From positions 1,316 to 65,315 of the IMG/VR virus record IMGVR_UViG_2852574111_000002: a stretch of 64,000 nt of DNA; one strand, 5' to 3'. Under the pieces are notes generated by a model. The model saw nothing but the letters and a program-made list of their open reading frames with translations, searched no databases and was not told the origin of the DNA. This document shows, in pieces, positions 1-9,372 of the stretch. Source of the DNA: a virus (lineage: Duplodnaviria; Caudoviricetes). How positions within the stretch are numbered: position 1 is the first letter of the stretch; each line of letters opens with the position of its first letter. The translations under genes and the position numbers were made by a program.

Positions 1-2
1 TG

Positions 3-131
3 CGTGCACCATGGAGCGAGGCCTGCGCACTGCAGCGGCCCTTGCCCGATGACGGGCTGATGATCGTCGCGCGCGGCGCGGCGAAGGAAGACCCGCCGGC
101 CGAGGTCGAGGCTGGCAAGCTGCTGCTGTGA
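3..131 (+). CDS. SOS response-associated peptidase (SRAP family), C-terminal fragment
   Basis: Frame 3 reads [30 protein letters not shown], the typical alphaproteobacterial SRAP C-terminus; 5' part is outside the window. Confidence 0.7.
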   Translation, partial: RAPWSEACALQRPLPDDGLMIVARGAAKEDPPAEVEAGKLLL

Positions 132-255
132 GGCCGGGCATTGAGACGGCCAGTCTCCGACCGGCGCATTCGCCTACGAGCGATCGTGAATCAGAACGGC
201 CGACCCATACAGGCTGGGTCGGCCGGTGTCTTAGTTGGATTCTGAGCAGCCGTGA

Positions 256-483
256 TCAGTGGCTGGAGCGGGAGTTGCCCTCGATCTGCTCGCGGATCGC
301 GGCGCTCTCGTTGCTGACCGTGTTGCGGTCAACCGTCACCGCAGCGTTGCGACCTTCCACGAGGGTGTTCTGCTGGTGCCGGCCGTAGAGTGACGGATCT
401 CGGCCATCGGCCGCCCTGGCGGACAGGACGCCGACAGCAAGGAAACCGGACAGGGCGACAACAGTCATCATCTTTGCGTTCAT
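256..483 (-). CDS. Small secreted hypothetical protein
   Basis: Signal-peptide-like N-terminus MNAKMMTVVALSGFLAVGVLSARA. Confidence 0.55.
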   Translation of the reverse strand: MNAKMMTVVALSGFLAVGVLSARAADGRDPSLYGRHQQNTLVEGRNAAVTVDRNTVSNESAAIREQIEGNSRSSH

Positions 484-598
484 CGTAATTGTCCTCAACA
501 TCGCTTGTGGGGGTTCGTGGCGAATTCAATGAGCGGACAATACAGATCTGCGCATGGGCCAATAATCATCCATGCTGTCAGTCAGCCTAATCGTAAAC

Positions 599-1189
599 TT
601 ATGTTTCTAATACCTTGGTTTCAGCCGGATCCGAAGCGAGCCCGGCAGTCGCCAGCCAGGCGCGCCAGCGTGCTGTCAACCCCTCCAACGCCTCGGCTTG
701 ATCCACGCCGCCGCCGCAAGGATGGGACATGCCCGCCGGGCGCTCATCGACTGGCACGGTGATGGCGCTCAGAGACCAGTACCATCGCGAGGTGTCCACG
801 CCGTAGGTCCGCCCGATGACGCCGATGGGAACGCCCCGGCTCTCGACCCGATATCCCTCGGAAGGCCCGCCGTCGCGACAGCCAAGCGCGAGAGGCGCGG
901 GCAATCCGCCGGCTTTCAGCGACGCCGGGTCGATCTCTCGAAGCCCGGCCGAGCCCAGCCATGTCCGCCAGCGATCGGCGAACATCGTCATCGCTTCTTC
1001 ACGGCCGCCAGCGCCGCCCTGGCAGTTGCCATGGCCGTCAGAGTGCACATGCACGTTGCCGATCGACCATCCCCATAGCCGGTTGAGCGAATGATCGAGG
1101 ATCCAGATGCCGCCGACCGCAAAGTGGTGGCTCGTGACCTCGTAGGCTTCGAACGTGACGTCATCGCGCCGCTTGAGCTTCAACACCAT
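599..1189 (-). CDS. Hypothetical protein with an internally duplicated ~75-aa domain
   Basis: Two copies of YxVxS..GxI..WxWS..GG..EA..RWRxWLxxAGL; third gene of an apparent operon. Confidence 0.7.
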   Translation of the reverse strand: MVLKLKRRDDVTFEAYEVTSHHFAVGGIWILDHSLNRLWGWSIGNVHVHSDGHGNCQGGAGGREEAMTMFADRWRTWLGSAGLREIDPASLKAGGLPAPLALGCRDGGPSEGYRVESRGVPIGVIGRTYGVDTSRWYWSLSAITVPVDERPAGMSHPCGGGVDQAEALEGLTARWRAWLATAGLASDPAETKVLET

Positions 1190-1193
1190 GGGA

Positions 1194-1502
1194 TCACTCC
1201 GCCGCGTCGGGCTTTACCAGCCGGAGTGGCACCGGCTCGGTCGGCGGCATGTCGGGCGGCCGCGGGCGCCCCTCGATGTCCGGCAGATAGATCCCGCAGC
1301 GCGGCGCGTATTTCTGCGGCTTGGCATGCTCGCTGCCCGGCCGCGGAAGGGGGCAGCTCCAGGCGACGTTGTGCAGCACGGCGTCCATCGTGATGTTCGC
1401 GCCATACTTCTCCGCCAGCCGGGCCAGCCGCATTTGCCCGCGGCGGCGGCATATCGTGCAGGAGAAGCGTACCAGCACGTATGGATAGTCAATGAGGAGC
1501 AC
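1194..1502 (-). CDS. Small Cys-rich (putative Zn-binding) hypothetical protein
   Basis: CTICRRRG plus later Cys residues; tightly spaced with neighbours. Confidence 0.65.
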   Translation of the reverse strand: MLLIDYPYVLVRFSCTICRRRGQMRLARLAEKYGANITMDAVLHNVAWSCPLPRPGSEHAKPQKYAPRCGIYLPDIEGRPRPPDMPPTEPVPLRLVKPDAAE

Positions 1503-1506
1503 GGCA

Positions 1507-1734
1507 TCACTTGCCGTTCACGGCATCCATGGTGGCGAAGGGGAGCCGGCGGACGTAGCCGGCCGAGATCTTCCCCCGCATCTTCAGCACCTTGCCGCCC
1601 ATTTGCACCTGGCCGACCAACAGGGCACGGACGGTATCGCGGAGGTCTCCTCCGCACGCCTCAGCCGCTAGATCTACATGCGCTTCCGACACCTCGACGG
1701 TGCCTGCCGGCAGCGTTCTCATGTCCAATTTCAT
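1507..1734 (-). CDS. Small hypothetical protein (AxxACxGDxRxxxRAL type)
   Basis: RBS GGGAG upstream of ATG 1734; motif AAEACGGDLRDTVRALL. Confidence 0.65.
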   Translation of the reverse strand: MKLDMRTLPAGTVEVSEAHVDLAAEACGGDLRDTVRALLVGQVQMGGKVLKMRGKISAGYVRRLPFATMDAVNGK

Positions 1735-1772
1735 GGCTTCCTCCCTCGCTGATCGCGCTATGGATTCCACGA

Positions 1773-1787
1773 GAACGAAATGAGAAC
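1773..1787. promoter_or_regulatory. Alphaproteobacterial LexA (SOS) box
   Basis: GAAC-GAAATGA-GAAC matches GAAC-N7-GAAC, ~40 bp upstream of the 1734 start. Confidence 0.75.
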
Positions 1788-1864
1788 AAGTCACGTCGTG
1801 ACGATTACCACCGTCGGCCGATGCCGGGTTGCGCCGGTGGTGGGGAATCGCCCATACCGCCACC

Positions 1865-2122
1865 ATGCAGCCCTTCGAGATCGTCCGGAAGAACATCACC
1901 AAGGTCGGGACGGACTGGCAGATTGCCCCTGATCAGCCGCCCATAGACATGCGCATCTGGAGCGGCTTCCTCGCCTTCGTCCCGGGCGATCGCGCCGAGA
2001 TCAAGAAGCGGGTCGATGCCGTGCGCATCAGCTTCACAGCGGACCTGCTGCCGGCCGAGGGTGGCGCCTGGGTGCATGCCGGCTTTAGCGACATCGAAAA
2101 GATCGTGAAGGCGCTGCGCTAG
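1865..2122 (+). CDS. Hypothetical protein
   Basis: 85-aa ORF; stop overlaps the convergent DUF982 stop (CTAG). Confidence 0.55.
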   Translation: MQPFEIVRKNITKVGTDWQIAPDQPPIDMRIWSGFLAFVPGDRAEIKKRVDAVRISFTADLLPAEGGAWVHAGFSDIEKIVKALR

Positions 2123-2481
2123 CGCCGCCGCCGCCGCTTCCCGTAGCGCCAGGGCTCGGCAATGTGGCCGGGCAGTATGGGATCCGGCTTCGCCAGCACG
2201 TCGCGAAGCACCAGGACGCCGGCGAGAGATGCCGCGCCGCTCAACACGGCCGGCAGTTCGTTCGGGCGCAACCGGCCTTCCAGAATGCCGAGAGCGGTTT
2301 CCTGCGCGATCAGGTAAAGCGGATCGCCGCGATGCTCCTCTGGCCACTTCTCTACAAGGAATTGAGCCGCGCCCTCGATCGTCGTCAGCGTGCGCTTGAC
2401 GCCGCTGCTCTCCCATACCTCGACTGGCCGCATCGCGATCATGGCGGATTCAACGCGGCGGATCGGTCGCGGTTTCGGCAC
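2119..2481 (-). CDS. DUF982 family protein
   Basis: TIEGAAQFLVEKWP...Y..A..TAL..LEG...A...AG pattern. Confidence 0.7.
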   Translation of the reverse strand: MPKPRPIRRVESAMIAMRPVEVWESSGVKRTLTTIEGAAQFLVEKWPEEHRGDPLYLIAQETALGILEGRLRPNELPAVLSGAASLAGVLVLRDVLAKPDPILPGHIAEPWRYGKRRRRR

Positions 2482-2489
2482 CCAAACGC

Positions 2490-2523
2490 AAAAAAGCCCC
2501 GCCCTCCCGAAGGAGAGCGGGGT
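2490..2523 (-). terminator. Intrinsic terminator downstream of the sulfotransferase gene
   Basis: GC-rich stem with TTCG loop followed by a T-tract on the minus strand. Confidence 0.6.
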
Positions 2524-2622
2524 CAGGATAGGGAGGAAACGCCCAAGGAGGGCTAAGCCCCGGCGAGCTACCGGCGTCCGCCCTCGCGTGGATGACGTAT
2601 CAACATTCGCGGCTGCCAGTGG

Positions 2623-3399
2623 CTACTGCATCGTTGCGCGTCGTTCGTCGCGGAATCTTCGAAGGTGAAAGAGCGCACGACGCGGCCAACTCTTGATGGC
2701 CCCCAAGAGCTCCAGGTCGAGCGCTACGAGCGATCTGTAGAAATCACGCACCTCTGGCCGGCTGAAATCGGGTCGAGCGGTCGGCGGTCCCGGATTCGAG
2801 CGACGAGACTTGATGGTCAACGGAAGTCCGGACGCGCGCACGAGCTTGGCAAGTCCATCATCGAGGTTCTCGGTGAAGCCGACGAGATCAAGTTCCTGAA
2901 CCATATCGTAGGCCCGATATAGATGCTGTCGATCTACCCATGCATCGCTCGTCAGATGGCCGGAGAGGTACCGAACCTGACAGTTGTCAAAAAGATACCG
3001 CGCCGCAGGTAGCGTCGACATCATCGCATTAAGCCGAACAACGTCACTTAGGTTGGTATTCAAAAGAAAATTGCAGACATCCTTCTGATCATCTGGAAAT
3101 GTTTGCAGAATATCGAACTTCGCACTATGTTGCATCCACTTGAGGTAAGATATCAGCTGCTCAACCGGATCTCTCAGAAACGTAAATACAAACCAGTTAC
3201 TTCGGTCCAGAAGGCCCAGGGCTTGCGGCACAGACAGGTGGCCTGACACGAACCTTTCCGGGATGTCAGCAGACAAGTCCGCCATCAGGGCCGGCACACC
3301 TTCAATATGGATGCGCGACGCCACTTGCTCCGAGAGGACATCATTCACCGTCGTGCCGGCTGTTTTGGGTATGTGAACCAGAAACAATCTCTTAGACAA
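2623..3399 (-). CDS. Sulfotransferase family protein (Sulfotransfer_2-like)
   Basis: 5'-PSB motif FLVHIPKTAGTT and 3'-PB motif FLRDPVEQLISY. Confidence 0.85.
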   Translation of the reverse strand: MSKRLFLVHIPKTAGTTVNDVLSEQVASRIHIEGVPALMADLSADIPERFVSGHLSVPQALGLLDRSNWFVFTFLRDPVEQLISYLKWMQHSAKFDILQTFPDDQKDVCNFLLNTNLSDVVRLNAMMSTLPAARYLFDNCQVRYLSGHLTSDAWVDRQHLYRAYDMVQELDLVGFTENLDDGLAKLVRASGLPLTIKSRRSNPGPPTARPDFSRPEVRDFYRSLVALDLELLGAIKSWPRRALFHLRRFRDERRATMQ

Positions 3400-3624
3400 A
3401 TCCCTACCCCGTCATGCCGAAACGCGCATTCAACAAGAGAGCCAAAATCCCGCCGCTTGCCCGCGGACCCCTCCCAGTTGACGCATTAACACCCGCTATG
3501 CGCAACCTAATGCGCGGCATTGGCTTAATGGCCGATTTAGGGGCTCCCTGTGAGTAATGCTCATTGACCTCTAGCGGCCCACCATGCTGTGCTCCGTCAG
3601 ACATTGACGCTGACTGGATTTGTA

Positions 3625-4635
3625 ATGCTCCGCTGGCTCAAGCGACAGAAAGCACGAAACGTCACCCCGCTCGCCGATGCGCCAGCTCAACCCCAAAAGC
3701 CCGCCGAGGTCGAGGCAGTTGAGCCCGATATCATCGAAACAGCTGTAGCTGCCAGCAGTGCGCCAGCTCTACACGGCCCCCGTGAGTTTGCCGCGGAGGC
3801 AGCCGCTTATCGACAGAAGCTCACCGCAGCGAAGACGTTCGACGAACTGCGGGAGTTATGGCGCACCAGCGTATTTCCATATCGGATGAACGAGCAGGAT
3901 CCCTTCTCGGCTTCATATCGCGCTGAGGTCCTTGCTCTCTATGAGATGCTTGTGCAGTCCGATTACAATGTCCAGAACGAGCTGACATCCACCCATCTGA
4001 AGGCCGAAGATTTTGCCGTTGGCTATCCTTGGACCTCGAAGAATCTCGGCGTCGTCGCTTCCGAGCTCGGGAAAGCGCTTCAGGGATTCCGCGTCATTGC
4101 CGAACATTGCCCTGGCGCGACAAGCGTTATCGAGTTTGGCGCAGGTTGGGGCAACTCGGCTATCCCCCTCGCGCGGGCGGGACTCGACGTCACCGCCGTC
4201 GACATCGACCTCGCTTTTCTTCAGCGGATTGAGCGGGAAGCGGCGGCCCTGTCGGTGGGGATCAAAACGGTAAACGCCGAATTCCTCGAAGCCGCGCGCA
4301 ATGTCGATCGCCGATATGACGTTGCCCTTTTCTCATCTAGTTTCCATCACTGCCTGGAGTTTCAAGAGCTCCTCCGGCTGATCCATAAGCACGTTCTGAC
4401 GGACAATGGCTGCATCTGCTTCTTCGCAGAGCCCGTCTCGAACGGCTTCACCTTCCCGTGGGGCTTGCGTTACGACGGCGAGGCAGTGTGGGCCATAACG
4501 TGCAACAAGTGGCTCGAGCTCGGGTTCTCCGAAGACTTCTTCAGGGAAATCCTTGATAGGACCGGGTTTTCCGTCCAGCCGGTTCCCGACAGCTCGGGAT
4601 ATCTTGGCCTCGGATGGGTTGCGCGCAAGATCTGA
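3625..4635 (+). CDS. Class I SAM-dependent methyltransferase
   Basis: Motif I VIEFGAGWG, VTAVDID, FSSSFHH; alternative start GTG 3589. Confidence 0.85.
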   Translation: MLRWLKRQKARNVTPLADAPAQPQKPAEVEAVEPDIIETAVAASSAPALHGPREFAAEAAAYRQKLTAAKTFDELRELWRTSVFPYRMNEQDPFSASYRAEVLALYEMLVQSDYNVQNELTSTHLKAEDFAVGYPWTSKNLGVVASELGKALQGFRVIAEHCPGATSVIEFGAGWGNSAIPLARAGLDVTAVDIDLAFLQRIEREAAALSVGIKTVNAEFLEAARNVDRRYDVALFSSSFHHCLEFQELLRLIHKHVLTDNGCICFFAEPVSNGFTFPWGLRYDGEAVWAITCNKWLELGFSEDFFREILDRTGFSVQPVPDSSGYLGLGWVARKI

Positions 4636-4647
4636 TGCGGTTGGAGG

Positions 4648-5451
4648 TCAGACTGCGCGGCACAGAATGATGTAGTGCAGCCCCGGATATCCAAGCTCCG
4701 GCCTGTCTGTGACCGTTGGCCAGAAATAGCCGATCGGCATGTGAGCTTGCGACAGCACCGTAGGCTCGAAACCGGCCTCTCCCAGTTGGTGGAGCAGTGC
4801 ATCCTGGCCGAACATCCGCATTTCCAGCACAGTGCCTGGCCCGCCGTGGAAGATAATATTCTGGTCGTAGACGTCGTAGCTGCCGTCCGCCTTTCGGCTC
4901 ACCACCAGCCATTGACCATCCATCTGACACAAAGCGAAATTCACCATGCCGGGAAAGTGTTCGGTTGTTTCCGGAGCCGATGTGAACGGCACTGAGAAAA
5001 CCAAGACGCCGCCCATTTTCAGCATTCGACGCAGATTGCGAAAACCGAGATCGAGCGGCTGCAATACGTGCTCAAACACCTCCGTACAAATGATGAAATC
5101 GAGATTCTGGTAATTTTTCCAATCATCACTCAACACATCAAGGCGTGGCTCTTGATGAAAGAACGTATTGGTAAAATCGAACTTTTGAGCCAGGACGCTA
5201 GCATAGCCATCCCACTCGCTCATGCCGAGCCCCCGCACGAATCGATCGGTGGGGAATTCCTTTAGCGGCAACGATTGTTCCATGAGGCCCAGGCTCAGCG
5301 CATGGACTATCCCCCGGAAGCGCGGTGTCGATCCACACTGCCGACAGTTGGGAAACTCACGGTGAAACTCTCCGGCGCGCTGTAAATTGTCGGCGCCACA
5401 GATGTTGCACGCAAACGAGATCGTTGTTTCGGGATCGATGCTCAGTTCCAA
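4648..5451 (-). CDS. Class I SAM-dependent methyltransferase-like protein with N-terminal Zn ribbon
   Basis: CNICG..CRQCGS; DFIICTEVFEHV; LRRMLKMGGVLVFSVP. Confidence 0.8.
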   Translation of the reverse strand: MELSIDPETTISFACNICGADNLQRAGEFHREFPNCRQCGSTPRFRGIVHALSLGLMEQSLPLKEFPTDRFVRGLGMSEWDGYASVLAQKFDFTNTFFHQEPRLDVLSDDWKNYQNLDFIICTEVFEHVLQPLDLGFRNLRRMLKMGGVLVFSVPFTSAPETTEHFPGMVNFALCQMDGQWLVVSRKADGSYDVYDQNIIFHGGPGTVLEMRMFGQDALLHQLGEAGFEPTVLSQAHMPIGYFWPTVTDRPELGYPGLHYIILCRAV

Positions 5452-5521
5452 TTTATACTTGCCCTATCTCTGAACATGTACAACGCCGCCCCCTCTCAGT
5501 TCGACAGGATTATGGGCTTCG

Positions 5522-7600
5522 TCAACTCGCCGATCCCGCCTCGGCCGCAGCCGGCGTCCTCATGAGCAGATCTTCCGCAAAGGCCGTCCACCGTTGACGG
5601 AATGCTGCATAAGAGAAGTGCTGCGCCCTGTCATAAGTGCGTCCCCGGAGCCGATCGAGCTCCGCAGCGTCCGCATTCAGGAGCGCTTCCGTCAACGACA
5701 CCAACTGATCTCTGTCCCCATAGTGGAAACCGGAAACTCCGTCCTCGACGATCGACGCGGGCCCTCCATTATTCACAACGACCGGGACCACCCGTGCCGA
5801 CATCGCCTCGACGACGCTGATGCCAAAATGCTCGCATTGGTCGGGCCGCTCAGCAGGATCGACGCCGAACCCCGCCCCGTGCCAGTAGACCGAGCAGCTG
5901 GCCAGCAAGTCTTCGACCTCTTCGGGCGCCGCATCGACATGGAATTGCACCGGTAGGCCTTCCGCCCGCTTCAGGCAATCCTCAAGATAAGCCCGATGCT
6001 CGGGCTCCGGCGGCAGGGAGCCGACAAGATGCAGGTCAACGTTATTGCCTCGGGACACCAAATCACCGACGGCCTCGATCATCATGTCCTGCCGCTTGCA
6101 GTGTCCTCCCGTGAAGAAGCGGCCTATCGCCAGGATTCCCGCCCGCTCTCCGTCCGACGCGGCGCTTACAAGCCCGACGGAGGGATAAAGGACCTCGACC
6201 GTCGTCCGTTCGAACGCTGTGCCTGTAAGCTGCTCGCGAATGAATGCCTCGACGAATTCCGAATAGCACACGATCGCGTCGTATCGAGCTAACCACGGCA
6301 GCCGCCGCTCAAGCTCCTCGGGGGCCGATTTGAACGGAACCTGGCAGCAGTAAATGTTGCGAACCCCGAGCCCAGGCGAACTGGGGCAAATCTCGTTGCC
6401 GAGAGCGAAGAACACGTCGTATGGCTCGGCGTTGACCGCCTCGGCGTAGGTTACGATGTCCAGGCTTGGCAGCTCCAGACTGAGGCTCTTGAGGACCGAC
6501 GATATCCGGATGCGCGAAAACCGCTCGGGCACAATCAGTGTCGGCGCGAACCCAAGACGCGAAAACACCTCTATAACGCCCAGCAGATAGCGCTCCCCAC
6601 CACCGGGATTGATATTGTAGGGTGTATAGAAGCCCGCTCGTCTGCCATTCGGCGGATTCGCCGGAACGGTTCGCCCTGTGAAATGCCGCCCATCGTGGCG
6701 ACCATTTTCGAGAAACGAAGCCCAGCGCTTCACAAATTTGCGGCGATTTAGATCAACGATCGTGGAAAGTTGAAGTCCGTTCGACGGGTCCGACGTCGTA
6801 GCGCTCTCGTAATGTATAACCGTAGATTGCGGGACAAAATATACGCTTTTTCCGAGAGTCGCAATCTTCAGACACAGATCGCAGTCCTCGTAGTAAGCCG
6901 GCTCATACCGAAAATCGAAACCCAAGACACTCTCGAAATCATCCTTCCTCATCAGCACTGCCGCGGCTGAAACGTAATCAACTTCTCGCATTTTATTAAA
7001 TCGAGGCTGATCGGGGGCCTGAAATTTGCCGATCTGGACTGAATTTCCATCCTGATCCAGCAAGGCACCAGCCTCTTGCAGTTGACCATCGGGATAGACA
7101 AACTTTGGACCGCAACAACCGGCATTCGGCTCCGTGCGAATCGTGTGGATCAGAGGCTCAAGCCACCACTTCGTGACCACTACATCGTTGTTCAGGAACA
7201 GAAGATACTTTCCCTTGGCCGCCTCTGCTCCGATATTGTTGCCTTCGCCAAAGAACCTATTCACCTCCAAGCGAATGAGTTTATGCGGCCCCTTGTAGCG
7301 TGCGAGCGAAAGATACTCCTCTCTCCGGCTCCCATTATCGACTACGATAACCTCGTACGTCGCACCGCTTGTATTTTCCCATATACTCTTCAGACATTCG
7401 ATGGTCATGTCTGGCTTATTGAGATTAAGTATAATAATCGATACTTCAGGATCAACAGAATTGTAATAGTACAATCCAGAGCCGGATGAGACATTGGATA
7501 CTGCGAGCAATTTAGAGCCCCCCCCGAGAACACGCGACGCCCAAAGGATCAAAACTGCACAGACTCGGGCAGATTCTGATAGCCTGAACTTAACATCCAC
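5522..7600 (-). CDS. Bifunctional glycosyltransferase (GT2 domain plus GT4/GT-B domain); 5' end uncertain
   Basis: VSIIILN, VIVVDNGS, LLFLNNDV, YYEDCDLC (GT2); EHFGISVVEAMS (GT4 E-x7-E). Confidence 0.85.
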   Translation of the reverse strand: MDVKFRLSESARVCAVLILWASRVLGGGSKLLAVSNVSSGSGLYYYNSVDPEVSIIILNLNKPDMTIECLKSIWENTSGATYEVIVVDNGSRREEYLSLARYKGPHKLIRLEVNRFFGEGNNIGAEAAKGKYLLFLNNDVVVTKWWLEPLIHTIRTEPNAGCCGPKFVYPDGQLQEAGALLDQDGNSVQIGKFQAPDQPRFNKMREVDYVSAAAVLMRKDDFESVLGFDFRYEPAYYEDCDLCLKIATLGKSVYFVPQSTVIHYESATTSDPSNGLQLSTIVDLNRRKFVKRWASFLENGRHDGRHFTGRTVPANPPNGRRAGFYTPYNINPGGGERYLLGVIEVFSRLGFAPTLIVPERFSRIRISSVLKSLSLELPSLDIVTYAEAVNAEPYDVFFALGNEICPSSPGLGVRNIYCCQVPFKSAPEELERRLPWLARYDAIVCYSEFVEAFIREQLTGTAFERTTVEVLYPSVGLVSAASDGERAGILAIGRFFTGGHCKRQDMMIEAVGDLVSRGNNVDLHLVGSLPPEPEHRAYLEDCLKRAEGLPVQFHVDAAPEEVEDLLASCSVYWHGAGFGVDPAERPDQCEHFGISVVEAMSARVVPVVVNNGGPASIVEDGVSGFHYGDRDQLVSLTEALLNADAAELDRLRGRTYDRAQHFSYAAFRQRWTAFAEDLLMRTPAAAEAGSAS

Positions 7601-8058
7601 TGCCGGAACCGACGCCGAGGCATCCCATTCTTGTTGATGACTAGAAAGCGCGAGAAGCTCCGCGGGCGACCTGATCGAGAAAAAAGCAGCAATCTCAGGG
7701 GCTTGTGCGGCTTTCCATTCCGCCGAAAGAGCAATTTTCCTATGACGCCCCGCTGTCCATAAGTCATCACCTGCGGCATCACAGTGCTACATTCGTCGGC
7801 GATCCTGGCTTCCTCAGCCGCCACCAGAACCGACAGTCGCGCCGTAGCTTCGTTAAGCTGCTGAGACACATACCGCAGATGGGTGGCAAGGCGGAGTTCC
7901 GCTTGATACGACGCGATCTCGAGCCTGCGAATCTCAAGCCGGTGACGCTCCATTAACTCGATGTTCTCAGCGCGGAGCGCCTCAATAATCTCGGCCTGAG
8001 CTCTACTGAAGCCGGCATCATCGGTTGCGCTACTGGCCAAAAGCTCAAGCTTTGTCAT
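7549..8058 (-). CDS. Coiled-coil protein with triple GxP(R/H) module; possibly the frameshifted N-terminus of the glycosyltransferase
   Basis: Overlaps the downstream ORF by 52 bp in another frame; C-terminus aligns with the FkbM C-terminus. Confidence 0.6.
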   Translation of the reverse strand: MTKLELLASSATDDAGFSRAQAEIIEALRAENIELMERHRLEIRRLEIASYQAELRLATHLRYVSQQLNEATARLSVLVAAEEARIADECSTVMPQVMTYGQRGVIGKLLFRRNGKPHKPLRLLLFSRSGRPRSFSRFLVINKNGMPRRRFRQWMLSSGYQNLPESVQF

Positions 8059-8202
8059 TGCTGAAACATCTACTCCGAGATCTTAGCGATTCGACAGATT
8101 GCGGCTGCGGGGTCGACTGCAATCTCTTTCCCATCGAAAAAACTTACATTAACTAGACACGATGGTGTAGAGATAGAATTTCTACAATCTTTAGGTCGCA
8201 CT

Positions 8203-9372
8203 TTAATCGAGTTTAAGCGCATTTGGAAGCGTTTGGTATGCTTCGCTGGTCAACCACCGCTGGAACGGGCGACGGGGCTGCCCCTTGTCGTCGAGAACGA
8301 TACTTTTCGACAGCATCCTGCATCTGCCGTCAGTGTGAAAGAGTAGCCGCTGAACGAGGCGATGAGGACGCCCATCCCACCTGAAAAGACAACGCTCCAC
8401 CCAGCCCTTTTGTCGCAGATAGGACTGCAACCCATCCAATTGCTCTGCCATCCGGCGCGCGATCTGGAGTTGCCCGGACAGCTCTTCACTCGCCTGATGC
8501 GCGGCAAAGAGCTGACTCTCTAGTTCGCTCTTCTGCTGGCGCTCGGCATCGAGCACAGCTTCGAGCTCGCTCAGACGGTCGGCGCGTTGGCGTTCAAGCT
8601 CCAACCTGTCTTCCAGCTCCGCGGCACGTCGGCGTTCAAGCTCTGCCCTTTGCTGTAGCTCCGCGGCCGACAACAATGCGCTCTGCATGTCGACCGTCAT
8701 AAATTCATCGAACACATTGGGAGGATATTTGAACCGAGATACTAAGTTGTCTCGTTCGTTGGCAACGTAAAAACGATTCAATCCATCCATATAGACAAAC
8801 TTGTACCCAGCATCTAGGATGAATATTTCCCATTCTGCGTGGCTTTCGACCTGGACCATGGGCTCCATCGCCTCGATCACAACGACCCAAGGTCGAAAGC
8901 GTGTCCAGTCTCCGCCGCGCAGCACCGCGTCTTCTAAACCTTCTACATCGATCTTCAGAAAATGAATGTCTTGTCCGGGAGGCACATAGTCGCTGCATAT
9001 CGATTCCAGCGTGGCCATGGGCACAAGGACGCCGCTGGACTGGAAGCCTTTTGCCAGATGCTCTTCAGCGATGGAGTCAACGACGGTTGAGAGGCCTTCG
9101 TTGCTCATGATGTTGATTGTGACGACGCCTGGCGCGTCGCCGATTGCGACCCCCAGGTTGCGGTCGCGCACCCGGTGCTGGTTGAGCTGGCTCAGTAGAG
9201 CTGGATTTGGCTCAATATTTATGCCGCTCCAGCCTCGATCGTAGAAAGCCTTCGTCACACTATGAAACTGTGGCCAGGCGGCCCCGATGTCGATGTAGAA
9301 CCCAAGCTCAACATCTTTTAGAGCTCGCCAGAGCATCACGTCTTCTCTATTCTGGGCGAAAGAGACGAACAT
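8203..9372 (-). CDS. FkbM family methyltransferase with coiled coil
   Basis: SFAQNREDVMLWRAL, YIDIGA, NIEPN, FLKIDVEGLE; heptad-rich region at about aa 230-320. Confidence 0.9.
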   Translation of the reverse strand: MFVSFAQNREDVMLWRALKDVELGFYIDIGAAWPQFHSVTKAFYDRGWSGINIEPNPALLSQLNQHRVRDRNLGVAIGDAPGVVTINIMSNEGLSTVVDSIAEEHLAKGFQSSGVLVPMATLESICSDYVPPGQDIHFLKIDVEGLEDAVLRGGDWTRFRPWVVVIEAMEPMVQVESHAEWEIFILDAGYKFVYMDGLNRFYVANERDNLVSRFKYPPNVFDEFMTVDMQSALLSAAELQQRAELERRRAAELEDRLELERQRADRLSELEAVLDAERQQKSELESQLFAAHQASEELSGQLQIARRMAEQLDGLQSYLRQKGWVERCLFRWDGRPHRLVQRLLFHTDGRCRMLSKSIVLDDKGQPRRPFQRWLTSEAYQTLPNALKLD

